Positions 11,062 to 21,425 of a stretch of 38,486 bases of DNA are shown here, piece after piece. The stretch's first letter is position 1. The number at the start of each line of letters is the position of its first letter. This stretch comes from Octopus bimaculoides (Eukaryota): the NCBI RefSeq assembly GCF_001194135.2, contig NC_068982.1, positions 192,114,171-192,152,656 on the forward strand, written 5' to 3'. The translations under genes and the position numbers were made by a program. Below the pieces are notes generated by a model that worked only from the letters and a program-made list of their open reading frames with translations, did no database searches and was not told where the DNA came from.

Positions 11062-11950
11062 AGGCTACAGGCCCACACCCCCAACACCTATACTGTTAGG
11101 ATTGGCACTCTCAACGTCGGCACGCTGAAAGGTAGATCTGGTGAAATCGTTGAGATGCTTGAACGGAGACGCGTAGACATTAGGAGCATCAGTTGTGGTG
11201 TGCAAGAGAGACGATTGCGCTGGTATGGACATGTGGTGAGAATGGATGAGGATAGCTGCGTGAAAAAGTGCCACACCCTAACAGTTGAGGGAACCCGTGG
11301 AAGAGGTAGGCCCAGGAAGACCTGGGCTGAGGTGGTGAGGCAAGACCTTCGTACATTGGGCCTCACCGAGGTGATGACTACNNNNNNNNNNNNNNNNNNN
11401 NNNNNNNNNNNNNNNNNNNNNNNNNNNNNNNNNNNNNNNNNNNNNNNNNNNNNNNNNNNNNNNNNNNNNNNNNNNNNNNNNNNNNNNNNNNNNNNNNNNN
11501 NNNNNNNNNNNNNNNNNNNNNNNNNNNNNNNNNNNNNNNNNNNNNNNNNNNNNNNNNNNNNNNNNNNNNNNNNNNNNNNNNNNNNNNNNNNNNNNNNNNN
11601 NNNNNNNNNNNNNNNNNNNNNNNNNNNNNNNNNNNNNNNNNNNNNNNNNNNNNNNNNNNNNNNNNNNNNNNNNNNNNNNNNNNNNNNNNNNNNNNNNNNN
11701 NNNNNNNNNNNNNNNNNNNNNNNNNNNNNNNNNNNNNNNNNNNNNNNNNNNNTGCGGGTGACACGTAAAAGCACCCACTACACTCTCTGAGTGGTTGGCG
11801 TTAGGAAGGGCATCCAGCTGTAGAAACTCTGCCAAATCAGACTGGAGCCTGGTGTTGCCATCCGGTTTCACCAGTCCTCAGTCAAATCGTCCAACCCATG
11901 CTAGCATGGAAAGCGGACGTTAAACGATGATGATGATGATGATGATGATA
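11062..11950 (+). mobile_element. Internally deleted RTE element: endonuclease N-terminus joined to the post-RT C-terminus, then 3'UTR and (GAT)n tail. Contains a gap.
   Basis: VRIGTLNVGTLKGRSGEIVEMLERRRVDI is joined to RSISCGVQERRLRWYGHV...GRPRKTW. The tail is at 11926-11948. Confidence 0.88.
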
Positions 11951-12164
11951 TATATATATATATGAGAGAGAGAGCAATGAAAAAATGGAGGGGATCAATA
12001 GGTGGTATTCATCAACTTTTAGACATTATATTATGTCAATTTATTTATTTACTAAAAGGACAATTATAACACTATACATCCATGTATCACATATTATGCT
12101 TTACATATAAAATATAAAAAATATCATTATTAAAATATATAACATAGAGCAAAAGAAATTGGGA

Positions 12165-12296
12165 TAATATCTTACAGCTGTTTCAACCAAGAGGCAATAA
12201 TACCTCATTCTACTTTTATCCCTCCAGTGGACTGAAGTAATTAGTAGATGAAATTGAGGTACTTGGGTATTTCTCTAGGCTTCGTCAGAGATTTTA
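12165..12296 (-). ncRNA. Type I hammerhead ribozyme motif of the Penelope-like/retrozyme type, with palindromic helix III and extended helix II
   Basis: Minus strand reads UAAAAUCU-CUGACGA-AGCCUAGAG...CUCUUGGUU-GAAA-CAGCUG-UA-AGAUAUUA. The core is intact, helix I and helix II pair, and the cleavage triplet is GUA. Confidence 0.8.
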
Positions 12297-12593
12297 GAAA
12301 GTACATAAGGTTAAGTTATAAATACACACATATAGACATACTTTTACATACACATAAATACATATACCTACACTAATATGTACATGCATATGTGTATGTA
12401 TATGCATACAAATGAATCAATTATTATTATTATTATTATTAGATGCATTATATTATTCATATTAGATAAAATATAAACAGAGGTATGAGAAAGTTATTGT
12501 AAAGGGAGTAATATTGTAATTTATGAAATCAATGTCTTAAAATCATTTTAGTTATGTAAGAAAGAAACTGTATATACATGAGGAGCACACATG

Positions 12594-12632
<39 letters not shown>

Positions 12633-12633
<1 letters not shown>

Positions 12634-13890
12634 CACATTGACATTGCATGTCCAGCAAAGCATACTGGCTTCATTTCTTTCAAGCACAAAAACTATTTTC
12701 CCAGTTAACCTTCCTCTGATATTGCTGCACCTCTTATGTGTCCAAAGCTTACACTGGGTACATCTTATGGAGTTTCTATCTACGCCTTTTCTACAGATTG
12801 AGCAGGGCCATCTACCTGAGGGGATTTGTGATTTGTCTGCTTTCCTACTTACTAACACTTTGGTTTTTGCTAGGTTAACTCTAAGGCCCTTTGATTTGAG
12901 ACTTTGTTCCATCTTAAATTCCTCTGATAACCTGGAATACTATGATGAGCAAGGGGTGGGGATGAGAACTGATCCTTGGTGAACCCCTACTCCTATCTGA
13001 ATTCATTGCTATACTTCTTGCTAACAGTCACCTTACTGATTGCCTCCATGTACGTGACTTGTACAACTCTCACCAATCACTCATCTATCCCTAGTTTCTG
13101 CATTGATCACCAGATAAGGGATCAGGGAACCCTATCAAAAGCTTGCTTCATGTCAACAAAAGCCAAGTACAGAAGTTTATCTTTGGCTTAGTATTTCACT
13201 TGCAGCTTCCTTACTGGAAATATAGCATCAATGCTGCTTCTCCCTGGCACAAAACCAAACTGCATCTCATCTAGACTAACTCTCTCCCTAATTAGTTGGG
13301 CCTCTTCCTGATTAGTTACCTTCTCCATAACTTTCATCACCTGGTCCAGTAATAGGGTACCTCTGTAGTTATCTCTATTTAAGGCATCACCTTTACCTTT
13401 GTAGCAGTTGATTATGGTGCTGCTACACCAGTCATTGGGTATGACTCCTTCATGTACCACCTGATTAACTATAACCCACACCACCAGATATTTGAAGCAT
13501 CTCAGCAGTTATTGCTGATCTTTTCATATCCTTCATGGCTTTGTCTACAACACTACTATCTATTTGGATTGCTGGTCCCTGCGTTGGATCAACATGAGGC
13601 AGACGCTCCTTCTCCCACGAGTTCTCTATATTTAGTCGCCTTTCATAGTGACACTTCAATGGCCTCTTTCTTTGCAAGTGAACCCCTACATCCATGCAAA
13701 CCCACTTCTCCCCCCGGCACACTGTCCTGCAAGCCAAAACGTTTCACGCCACTGCTCCTAGGCTTCTTCCTTTTCGCTCCCCCCCCGCTTCCCTTCTGGC
13801 TGCCTGATATGGCTCCTTGCTACCACCCCCCTTCCAAGCTGGTTTCTTGGCTCTGAGACGCCTCTCAACTATATTGTTCTACTACCTTGG
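12633..13890 (-). mobile_element. Decayed, multiply deleted RTE ORF2 relic
   Basis: Encodes EGVIPNDW...KGKGDAL..NYRG...MQFGFVPGRS, GLRVNLAKTKV, a Cys/His cluster (CSIC..CTQC..H..C) and LERNEASML. Confidence 0.9.
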
Positions 13891-14129
13891 CACTTTACAC
13901 CACCAAATAATAACATTAAAAGAAATTAAAGTTTACTAATAAATATTTATCTTTTAACACTTATAATAATTGAATATTTTAAAGTAAGTCAAAAACCTGT
14001 GTCTTTTTGCTTGAGCCATGACATGCCATTTCTGCTGAAATATTTTCATATTTTGTTTGTAACAATTTCTGTTTCACAATGTTTTCTCACGGATTTTTAT
14101 AATTCAGCCTTGTTATATTCATTTTACAG

Positions 14130-14227
14130 ATGGAAAGGAGAAAATGTGGCCACACAAGACATAACTGAAACTTTCAGAGACATCAGTTTCATTCAAGATG
14201 TTGTTGTTTATGGTGTGGAAGTCACAG
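14130..14227 (+). CDS. SLC27A: FATP coding exon (98 nt)
   Basis: attttacAG|A TGG AAA GGA GAA AAT GTG completes R-WKGENV. Donor ACA G|gtaaac. Confidence 0.96.
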
Positions 14228-14732
14228 GTAAACTATTTTTCCTTTTTTACCACTTGAATGGACAGAGAACCAAGACAAGTTTAGAGCTAATCTTATGAAT
14301 TTTACATGGGATAACAATGGGTGTCCTTTCTGATAAGCTGACATACAATTAAGACATGTCTGTTTAATGCACTTGGCTGCTATTTCTAGCAAAGCCTCCT
14401 TCTGTTGGTGTAAAACAAAACAAATGGCTGTTTTTAACTTCACTTGCAACCATTGGCATTGTTTCACAGTTGCGTGTGTGTGTGTGTACATAAATATGTG
14501 TCTACTCCTACCAGCTTCTTTCTGTCTGTGTTCCTGCCAGTCTTACTCTCTACTCATCCCAATTCTTTTTTTCACCAGAATGTTGGTCGTTCAGAAAATT
14601 CTTTTTTTTTTTCCTGATGTTGTAGATTTATCAGATCTAATCCAGTTGTCAGCCTGTCTGGCAAGTAAACCCAATCTAATGACAAACATTTTCAAAAGAT
14701 AATTAACTTCACATTTAATCTCTCCATTCCAG

Positions 14733-15049
14733 GTTACGAAGGTCGAGCTGGCATGGCCTCTTTGAAACTTGAAAATGCAGCAGCTTTGAGTAAGAATCAA
14801 CTTGAAGTTCTATACCAACACTGTCAAAAGAAATTACCAACTTACTCAATTCCACTGTTTTTACGAACACAAAAAGAAGTTTACCTGACAGGAACTTTTA
14901 AATATCATAAACCAAAACTTCAGAAAGAAGGTTTCAATCCAGAACTCATCTCAGACTCTCTCTATTTTCTGAACCGATCAGCCATGTGTTACGTTCCACT
15001 ATCAAACGACATTTATTTGCAGATCTTACATGGTGAATTTAAGTTATAG
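14733..15049 (+). CDS. SLC27A: FATP terminal coding exon (317 nt including TAG)
   Basis: ctccattccAG|GT TAC. Encodes GYEGRAGMA...LPTYSIPLFLR...TGTFK...GF.P, then stop. The seven exons total 1187 nt, plus 1 upstream nt, giving 396 codons in one frame. Confidence 0.96.
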
Positions 15050-15143
15050 TCATTCTCTTACTCATCATCATCATCACTGTTGTGGCTTTCGTAACAGACG
15101 ATTTGTGCATGTTACAAGTTTGTGATATAATAATAATGTTATT

Positions 15144-15176
<33 letters not shown>

Positions 15177-15859
15177 TTGAAACTTCTATTCAAGGCAAAA
15201 AGCATGACTCTTTGCTTTCTGTATTTCTGCTTCGATGTATCCTATTGTAATTTGTATCTCTTCTTTTCAATCTGTGAAATTTCCAACCTTTTAATGCAGG
15301 TAACATTTTTTGGGGTGTTTTATCTTTATTTATTGATGTCATTATTTAGAAATGCCTTATTAGATCACTGAAATTCCTTTTTTCTCTCTCTCACCTTCTT
15401 CTCCATCTTTTGTTTGATTTGTAAAAGTGTCAGACCAAATCCTACGACAGCATTTGCTTGCATTCATCTTCTGAGTTTCAATCCCACCAACAAGAAATTT
15501 CATTTTTCTCCTTCCGGGGTGTGGCTGTCAATAACAAAATCCCGGTCATGTACTCAGTTAGACATAAATCCTCCCCCAAAATTGTGGCCTTGTGCATATG
15601 TGACCCTTATTTATCTCCCCCCCCCCCCAGATTTAAAGCTTCGTTTCACTTAGACACCCAAAAGTTTTGCTTTTCAAAAAGGGTATGGAATCATAAGATG
15701 GGTGGGAAGAGTAAGAGCTGATGTTGCAAGGATGGAAGGAGTAAGAAGCTTCTCTTAAGGTTAGCGTTTCAAATTGGCAAATGGGGTTTTCAATTTTGTT
15801 TTCTCTTCCTAAATGTGTTTCATTATTTTTGTTATGAAATAATTGAATGAAAAATTAAC

Positions 15860-16180
15860 ATTAGCACACACTATTTTGTGTGAAATATTTGTGTAGATGT
15901 GTGTGTATATATAGATACATATATAATGTGTGTTTGAATGTATATATAGACGTGTGTGTGTGTATATACACACACATGTAATAATGTTTCACACAGCTAT
16001 GTGTGTATGTATATAAACACCTACACATATACATGAATGGATGTATATATATATATATATATATATATACATGAATGGATGTATATATATATATATATAC
16101 ATGAATGGATATATATATATGCATTTATATATATATATATATGCATTTATATATATATATATATATGCATTTATATATAT
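15860..16180. repeat. (AT)/(GT) microsatellite field with embedded repeating units, running into a gap
   Basis: acatgaatggat occurs three times and atgcattt three times, separated by (AT)n. Confidence 0.85.
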
Positions 16181-18326
16181 NNNNNNNNNNNNNNNNNNNN
16201 NNNNNNNNNNNNNNNNNNNNNNNNNNNNNNNNNNNNNNNNNNNNNNNNNNNNNNNNNNNNNNNNNNNNNNNNNNNNNNNNNNNNNNNNNNNNNNNNNNNN
16301 NNNNNNNNNNNNNNNNNNNNNNNNNNNNNNNNNNNNNNNNNNNNNNNNNNNNNNNNNNNNNNNNNNNNNNNNNNNNNNNNNNNNNNNNNNNNNNNNNNNN
16401 NNNNNNNNNNNNNNNNNNNNNNNNNNNNNNNNNNNNNNNNNNNNNNNNNNNNNNNNNNNNNNNNNNNNNNNNNNNNNNNNNNNNNNNNNNNNNNNNNNNN
16501 NNNNNNNNNNNNNNNNNNNNNNNNNNNNNNNNNNNNNNNNNNNNNNNNNNNNNNNNNNNNNNNNNNNNNNNNNNNNNNNNNNNNNNNNNNNNNNNNNNNN
16601 NNNNNNNNNNNNNNNNNNNNNNNNNNNNNNNNNNNNNNNNNNNNNNNNNNNNNNNNNNNNNNNNNNNNNNNNNNNNNNNNNNNNNNNNNNNNNNNNNNNN
16701 NNNNNNNNNNNNNNNNNNNNNNNNNNNNNNNNNNNNNNNNNNNNNNNNNNNNNTTTTTTTTTTTTTTTTTTTTTTTTGTTAAATTCTGCTTCCTCATGAT
16801 TTCAACCAATTTTTCAAAAATGAAACAAAAAAAGAATTGTTTTTTTAAGGTTTTTATATTTCAGCTCTTCAAGTTTATAATTAAAAACATTGACTGTAAT
16901 TAATATAATTATTTTTCCTCCAAAAATGTATTTAAATCTTTGAATGCTGCAGCTGGTCATGTCAGTAGAGTGTCAACATCCAAGTCATAATAATAATAAT
17001 CCCAGCTGCTAATCCACTAATCCTGTTGCTAAAACCTGCATCGCACTGAGCTGGGGAAAGTAAGCAGTGGGAGCACTTGAGTTGATGAGTGCTTTTGCAG
17101 GCTAACACTACTGAGATTCCAATCCTGCCATAGTTTGGTGAGGAGGCTCCAATCCTCCTCTCGTTAATAGGGTGGCTAATTACCCTCACTAATTGGTGTT
17201 TATAATGAAGGCAAGTGAAACAATTAAGCCTGCAAAAAAAAAAAAATAGGGCGTTGTCCTTTTTAAAAAAAGTATTTTTACATCATTTATTCTTAATTGT
17301 AGGTCAGCCCTGACAGATATTCCAGCTATAATCATGTCTTTTGGATGGTATGTTGGACTAGATTATCTTAAGACAGTTGAGTGAGATTTGACTGCTATTT
17401 CTAGCAAGTAGAGACTTTCTTGTTGACTTGTTTTAATTAGCAGCAAATAATTTCAACTTCAGGATGCTTTGTTAATTGAACCAAAACAATTTTTATAATT
17501 TTTTTTTTTTCCTTTGGATCTTTTTATAAATTTTACAGGTGAAGGGATTTCAATAAATCGATTTGAAAACATTCTGCTCCAGCATGACCACAGTCCACTG
17601 AGTTTAGAACCACAACAAAGATGCTTCCAAATAATTTTGTCCACCCTACTCTTGTAAACCTTAAACAGGTTTATAACCAAAAAGCATTCCACCCGTGGCC
17701 ATCCTGTTTTTCTTTTTAATAATAATAGTGTACAGTAGTCTTCTTAGAAGATGGTAGGTTGTGATTTGAGGGCTGTTTGGCTTCCATTTCTACCAGGTCA
17801 AGCCACCTGAGTCTCCCTCATTGTCCTATGCACACACACACACACTTTTAAATCTCACATTGTTTTGTTTTTTTTTTCTTACACACGTATAAAAGTTTGT
17901 CATGTTAGATATCACTGTGATTCTTAAAACAATTAATTATCATTTTAGTATTCAATTCTAAATTAATTACAGTCAGCTTCAGTCGACTTTTTCTTGCAGT
18001 GATGCTTCTTTGAAATGTTTCACTGCTGAATCTTAGACATTTTTCAAAACTTTTTGAGCTTCAACTTAACAAAATTCTAAAAAGCCTCCATGTGTCAGTT
18101 CCAATTTCATGGAGATAGACTGATGCCCTCGCTAGAAACACCAGTCTATCATAGCAGACTTCTACAAAAACACTTGATACTAGTTGTGTATAGAACTGTA
18201 AATTTGGTTTGGAGAAGACAAAAGAAAGCCTGAAAAAAAAAAAAATTAAATAAAAACAAAACCTTTAAATGTTAAACTTTTTTTTTTTAGATTAGTCCCA
18301 TGAACATAGCACATTATGTACATACA

Positions 18327-18379
<53 letters not shown>

Positions 18380-18786
18380 NNNNNNNNNNGAAGTATATGT
18401 ACACACACACATGTATATTTAGTTGAAAGGGGTGTAGCTATATATATATAAATATATACTGTCGAGTCTTTTATTTAGCTGAAGCAACAGACGAGATAAG
18501 CAGCAAATGTTAATGACCTGTGAGAAATGGTCATTAATGAACAGAGTCAATCATTATTGTCTCAACTGAATGGAGTGGTTTGAGAAATATTATGGAATTC
18601 TGCCCACATCTGTTGAAGCACCATTGATGACTGCATTAAACTAGTGATGGCAGCACAAGAGGACTCTCTTCATGTGGGACAGTGATCCAATAACAAGAAA
18701 CAGACGTGCAGTAATTAAACTAATTAATAAATTAATAAGGAGAAGATTAGTGCAATTGGGTTATCGTCATTATTTTCTGATTAAAT

Positions 18787-19145
18787 TAGGTGCAGATGTA
18801 GCTGTGTGGTAAGTTTGCTTCCGAGCCACATGGTTCCAGGGTCAGTCTCACTGCATGGCACCTTGGGCAAGTGTCTTCTACTATAGCCTTGGGCCAACCA
18901 AAGCCTTGCAAATACATCTGGTAGATGGAAACTGAGAGAAACCCATTGTATATACGTGTGTGTGTGTGTGTTTGTCCTCCACCACCGCTTGACAGAGGAT
19001 GTTGGTTTGTTTACATCCCCATAACTTAGCAGTTCGGTGCAAAGAGACTGATAGAATAAGTACTAGACATTAAAAAAAGAAAATAAGTACTGGAGTCAAT
19101 TTATCTGACTAAAAAATTCTTCAAGGCATGGCCACAGTCCAGTGT
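18787..19145 (+). mobile_element. tRNA-derived SINE family 2 with an internal (GT)n tract
   Basis: Head gctgtgtggtaag...ggttccagggtcagtc, then caccttgggcaagtgtcttctactatagcc (CORE-like motif), then agagactgatagaataagtac. Confidence 0.8.
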
Positions 19146-20116
19146 TGTTAACAGTGAACTCTCAGACAAACGGAATCGACCATTGATTAGTCTTTTACAC
19201 TCAGTGTGTGTGTGCATATTTATGGATATTTCAGTTTGTTCTGGGTTAGTCTTGCTCTCTCTGACTTGTGGCTGTTTCCTGAATCCAAAATTTTTGGTTA
19301 GCATCAAAATTGTAAAATAATTCAAGAATTACAAAAACAAGTCGAAATCAAAATGTTCACTTTGTCAAAAACCTTTTTTTCAGCACCAGAATTTTTACAA
19401 AATATAAAACCATTTACTCAATGTTCCACTTTTCATGCCAATCTTATGATTTTTATCAAAAGATTTTTTTTTTTTCTTTTTTAATAAAGAGAAATATATA
19501 AATATTTTTATAATAAACAATTAATACTAAGATTTAATTCTTTATAAATGATTGAGTTTATAGTAATTTATATTATATATCTTTTTTTATCTTTTTTATT
19601 GTGTGTGTGTGTACAGGTGTGAGAGTTGATTCTTGTATAAACACTTAACTTTCTGTGAACTTATTTAAAACTAATTACTGTAAAAAAAAATTTAACTTCT
19701 CTTTCTATCACCCCTCTCTCTCTCTCTCTAAATTATTTGATTGCTGTTGAAATCCAAAATAATCCAACAAAATGTCATCTTACAGGTGCTGTTGTTCGAT
19801 TCTCGTTAAAGAAACCTTTTTCAAACGAGGTCTTCATTGTGACTCGGCTCTCTTTAATGCCATAAGTTTGAAGGTGGGGGGGGGGGTTAAGAAAGTGGGA
19901 GTAACTAGTTAATTAGTTCCAGGCTGGGTATTTAATTAATTATATTGAGTATTTAATTAGCAACACCATTAAGCTGATAAATTAACAAAATAATTAACTC
20001 AGACTTACAGCTAATTGTTGCTATGTTCCATTCATCGTCTAATTTAAAGATGTTTATGTCCAGGTCAATCTTAACGGAGAAGATTTGTCATAAGAACTCC
20101 AACTATGACCATCCCA

Positions 20117-20147
<31 letters not shown>

Positions 20148-20369
20148 GTTCAGACATTTTATGCCCCAGACTCCTTTATGGAACATCTTTTTAAGATGTT
20201 ATGGTTTAAGGGAGAAATAGCTGTTATTTCTAGCAAAACAAGCAACCATGTAGACACTTCATCACTAATTTGAATGAATTTTTCCAAATAATGATTACAG
20301 GCTGGTCAACTGTTATATATATATAACCAGTGTCCTGCCTGGACTTCAATGGAAATATGTCTATTTCCA

Positions 20370-20575
20370 GATGTGGCAAACTGGCAGAACCAAAATGTTT
20401 AGTGGTATTTCATCTGACTTTACATACCAAGTTCAAATGCTGCCAAGGTCAACTTTACCTTTTATCCTTTCAAAGTTGATAAATTAAGTACCAGTTGAGT
20501 ACTAGCATCAACATACTTGATTAACCCCCACCCCCACCCCTCAAATGCAAGCTTTGCACCAAAATTCAAAGCCAA
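20370..20575 (+). mobile_element. SINE family 1 copy
   Basis: tggcaaactggcagaa head, caagttcaaatgc B-box-like motif, then aagtaccagttgagtact. Confidence 0.7.
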
Positions 20576-21279
20576 TTTAGACTGAAAGGAAAATTTGGCA
20601 TTTGTGAGATTTCTTCCTCAAACATTTCAATTTGTTTATAAAATACATTTACTCATTGTCCTTGGCATTGATTCAAGTCAAAGGGGATGTCCATTGTCAG
20701 ACTTAAACATAAGCTACAAATTTAGGGCCCCACAATCTACTGGAGCCACAAAATAATTTTTAAATAATTTCATATTTTTCCAAGAAACCATTTGAGGAGA
20801 AAGTTTTTTTAACAAGTCTCTCCCTGCCAACTTTCTATAAACGAAGGCCTCATTAGATCGAAAATTAAGCACAACTACCAATGAAAATTGCAGTATTCAT
20901 GCCTAATTCTTTGAAAATCATCAGTGCTGTCTTCCGTCAGTTTATGAATGGTTTTTAGCAAGGCATCTCAGCTGAACGAGAGCCTATTCTAGTCAAGTAC
21001 CTTGACCTCTAAGAGGATGCTTTCCAACTGTAGTTTTCTATTTCTATATCACACAAGATTTACTGAGGAATTAAAAGTTTATCAGTTTTATATTCAATCC
21101 CTGTTTCTACTTGTCTCTCCTCTAGAAATATTAATTCCAACAAGACCTGTACTCATAGAAGTGGCTTTCATAGGAGGAACTAGTCAAACACTACAAAGGG
21201 ATAGGCATAACCCACAAATAAAAGAAAGATCTACCAATGTTGAGCACTCATTCTCACTGCTCAATATTAATGTTTTTGT

Positions 21280-21425
21280 GTTTGTCTACCAGCACTGCTT
21301 GACAACTGATGTTGATGCGTTTATGTCTCTGTAACTTAGTGGTTCAGCAAAAGAGACTGATAGAAGTACCAGGCTTTAAAAGAAACAAAACCAGTTGAGT
21401 CATTTGACCCAAAATTGACTGAAAC
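21280..21425 (+). mobile_element. SINE family 2, 3' part
   Basis: gcttgacaactgatgttg...taacttagtggttcagcaaaagagactgatagaagtacc matches the copy at 18.99-19.07 kb. Confidence 0.7.

Noticed and set aside
10789-11790. The 333 aa ORF as a single gene
   Set aside because: It is a FATP exon plus intron, RTE sequence and gap. It is kept only as a read-through hypothesis.
11866-11881. CUGAGGA-CUGGU-GAAA on the antisense of the RTE tail, resembling a hammerhead core
   Set aside because: Only 5 nt lie between the core halves, there is no helix II, and no NUH or helix I pairing follows. Other copies lack GAAA.
15050-15900. FATP polyadenylation site
   Set aside because: No clear AATAAA or ATTAAA was found, so the 3'UTR end cannot be called.
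15861-16180. Y/I-rich ORFs (also at 4156-4356 and 24825-25127)
   Set aside because: These are translations of (AT)n microsatellites.
19786-19866. Possible orphan exon after ttacAG
   Set aside because: No good donor, no recognisable product and no partner exons.
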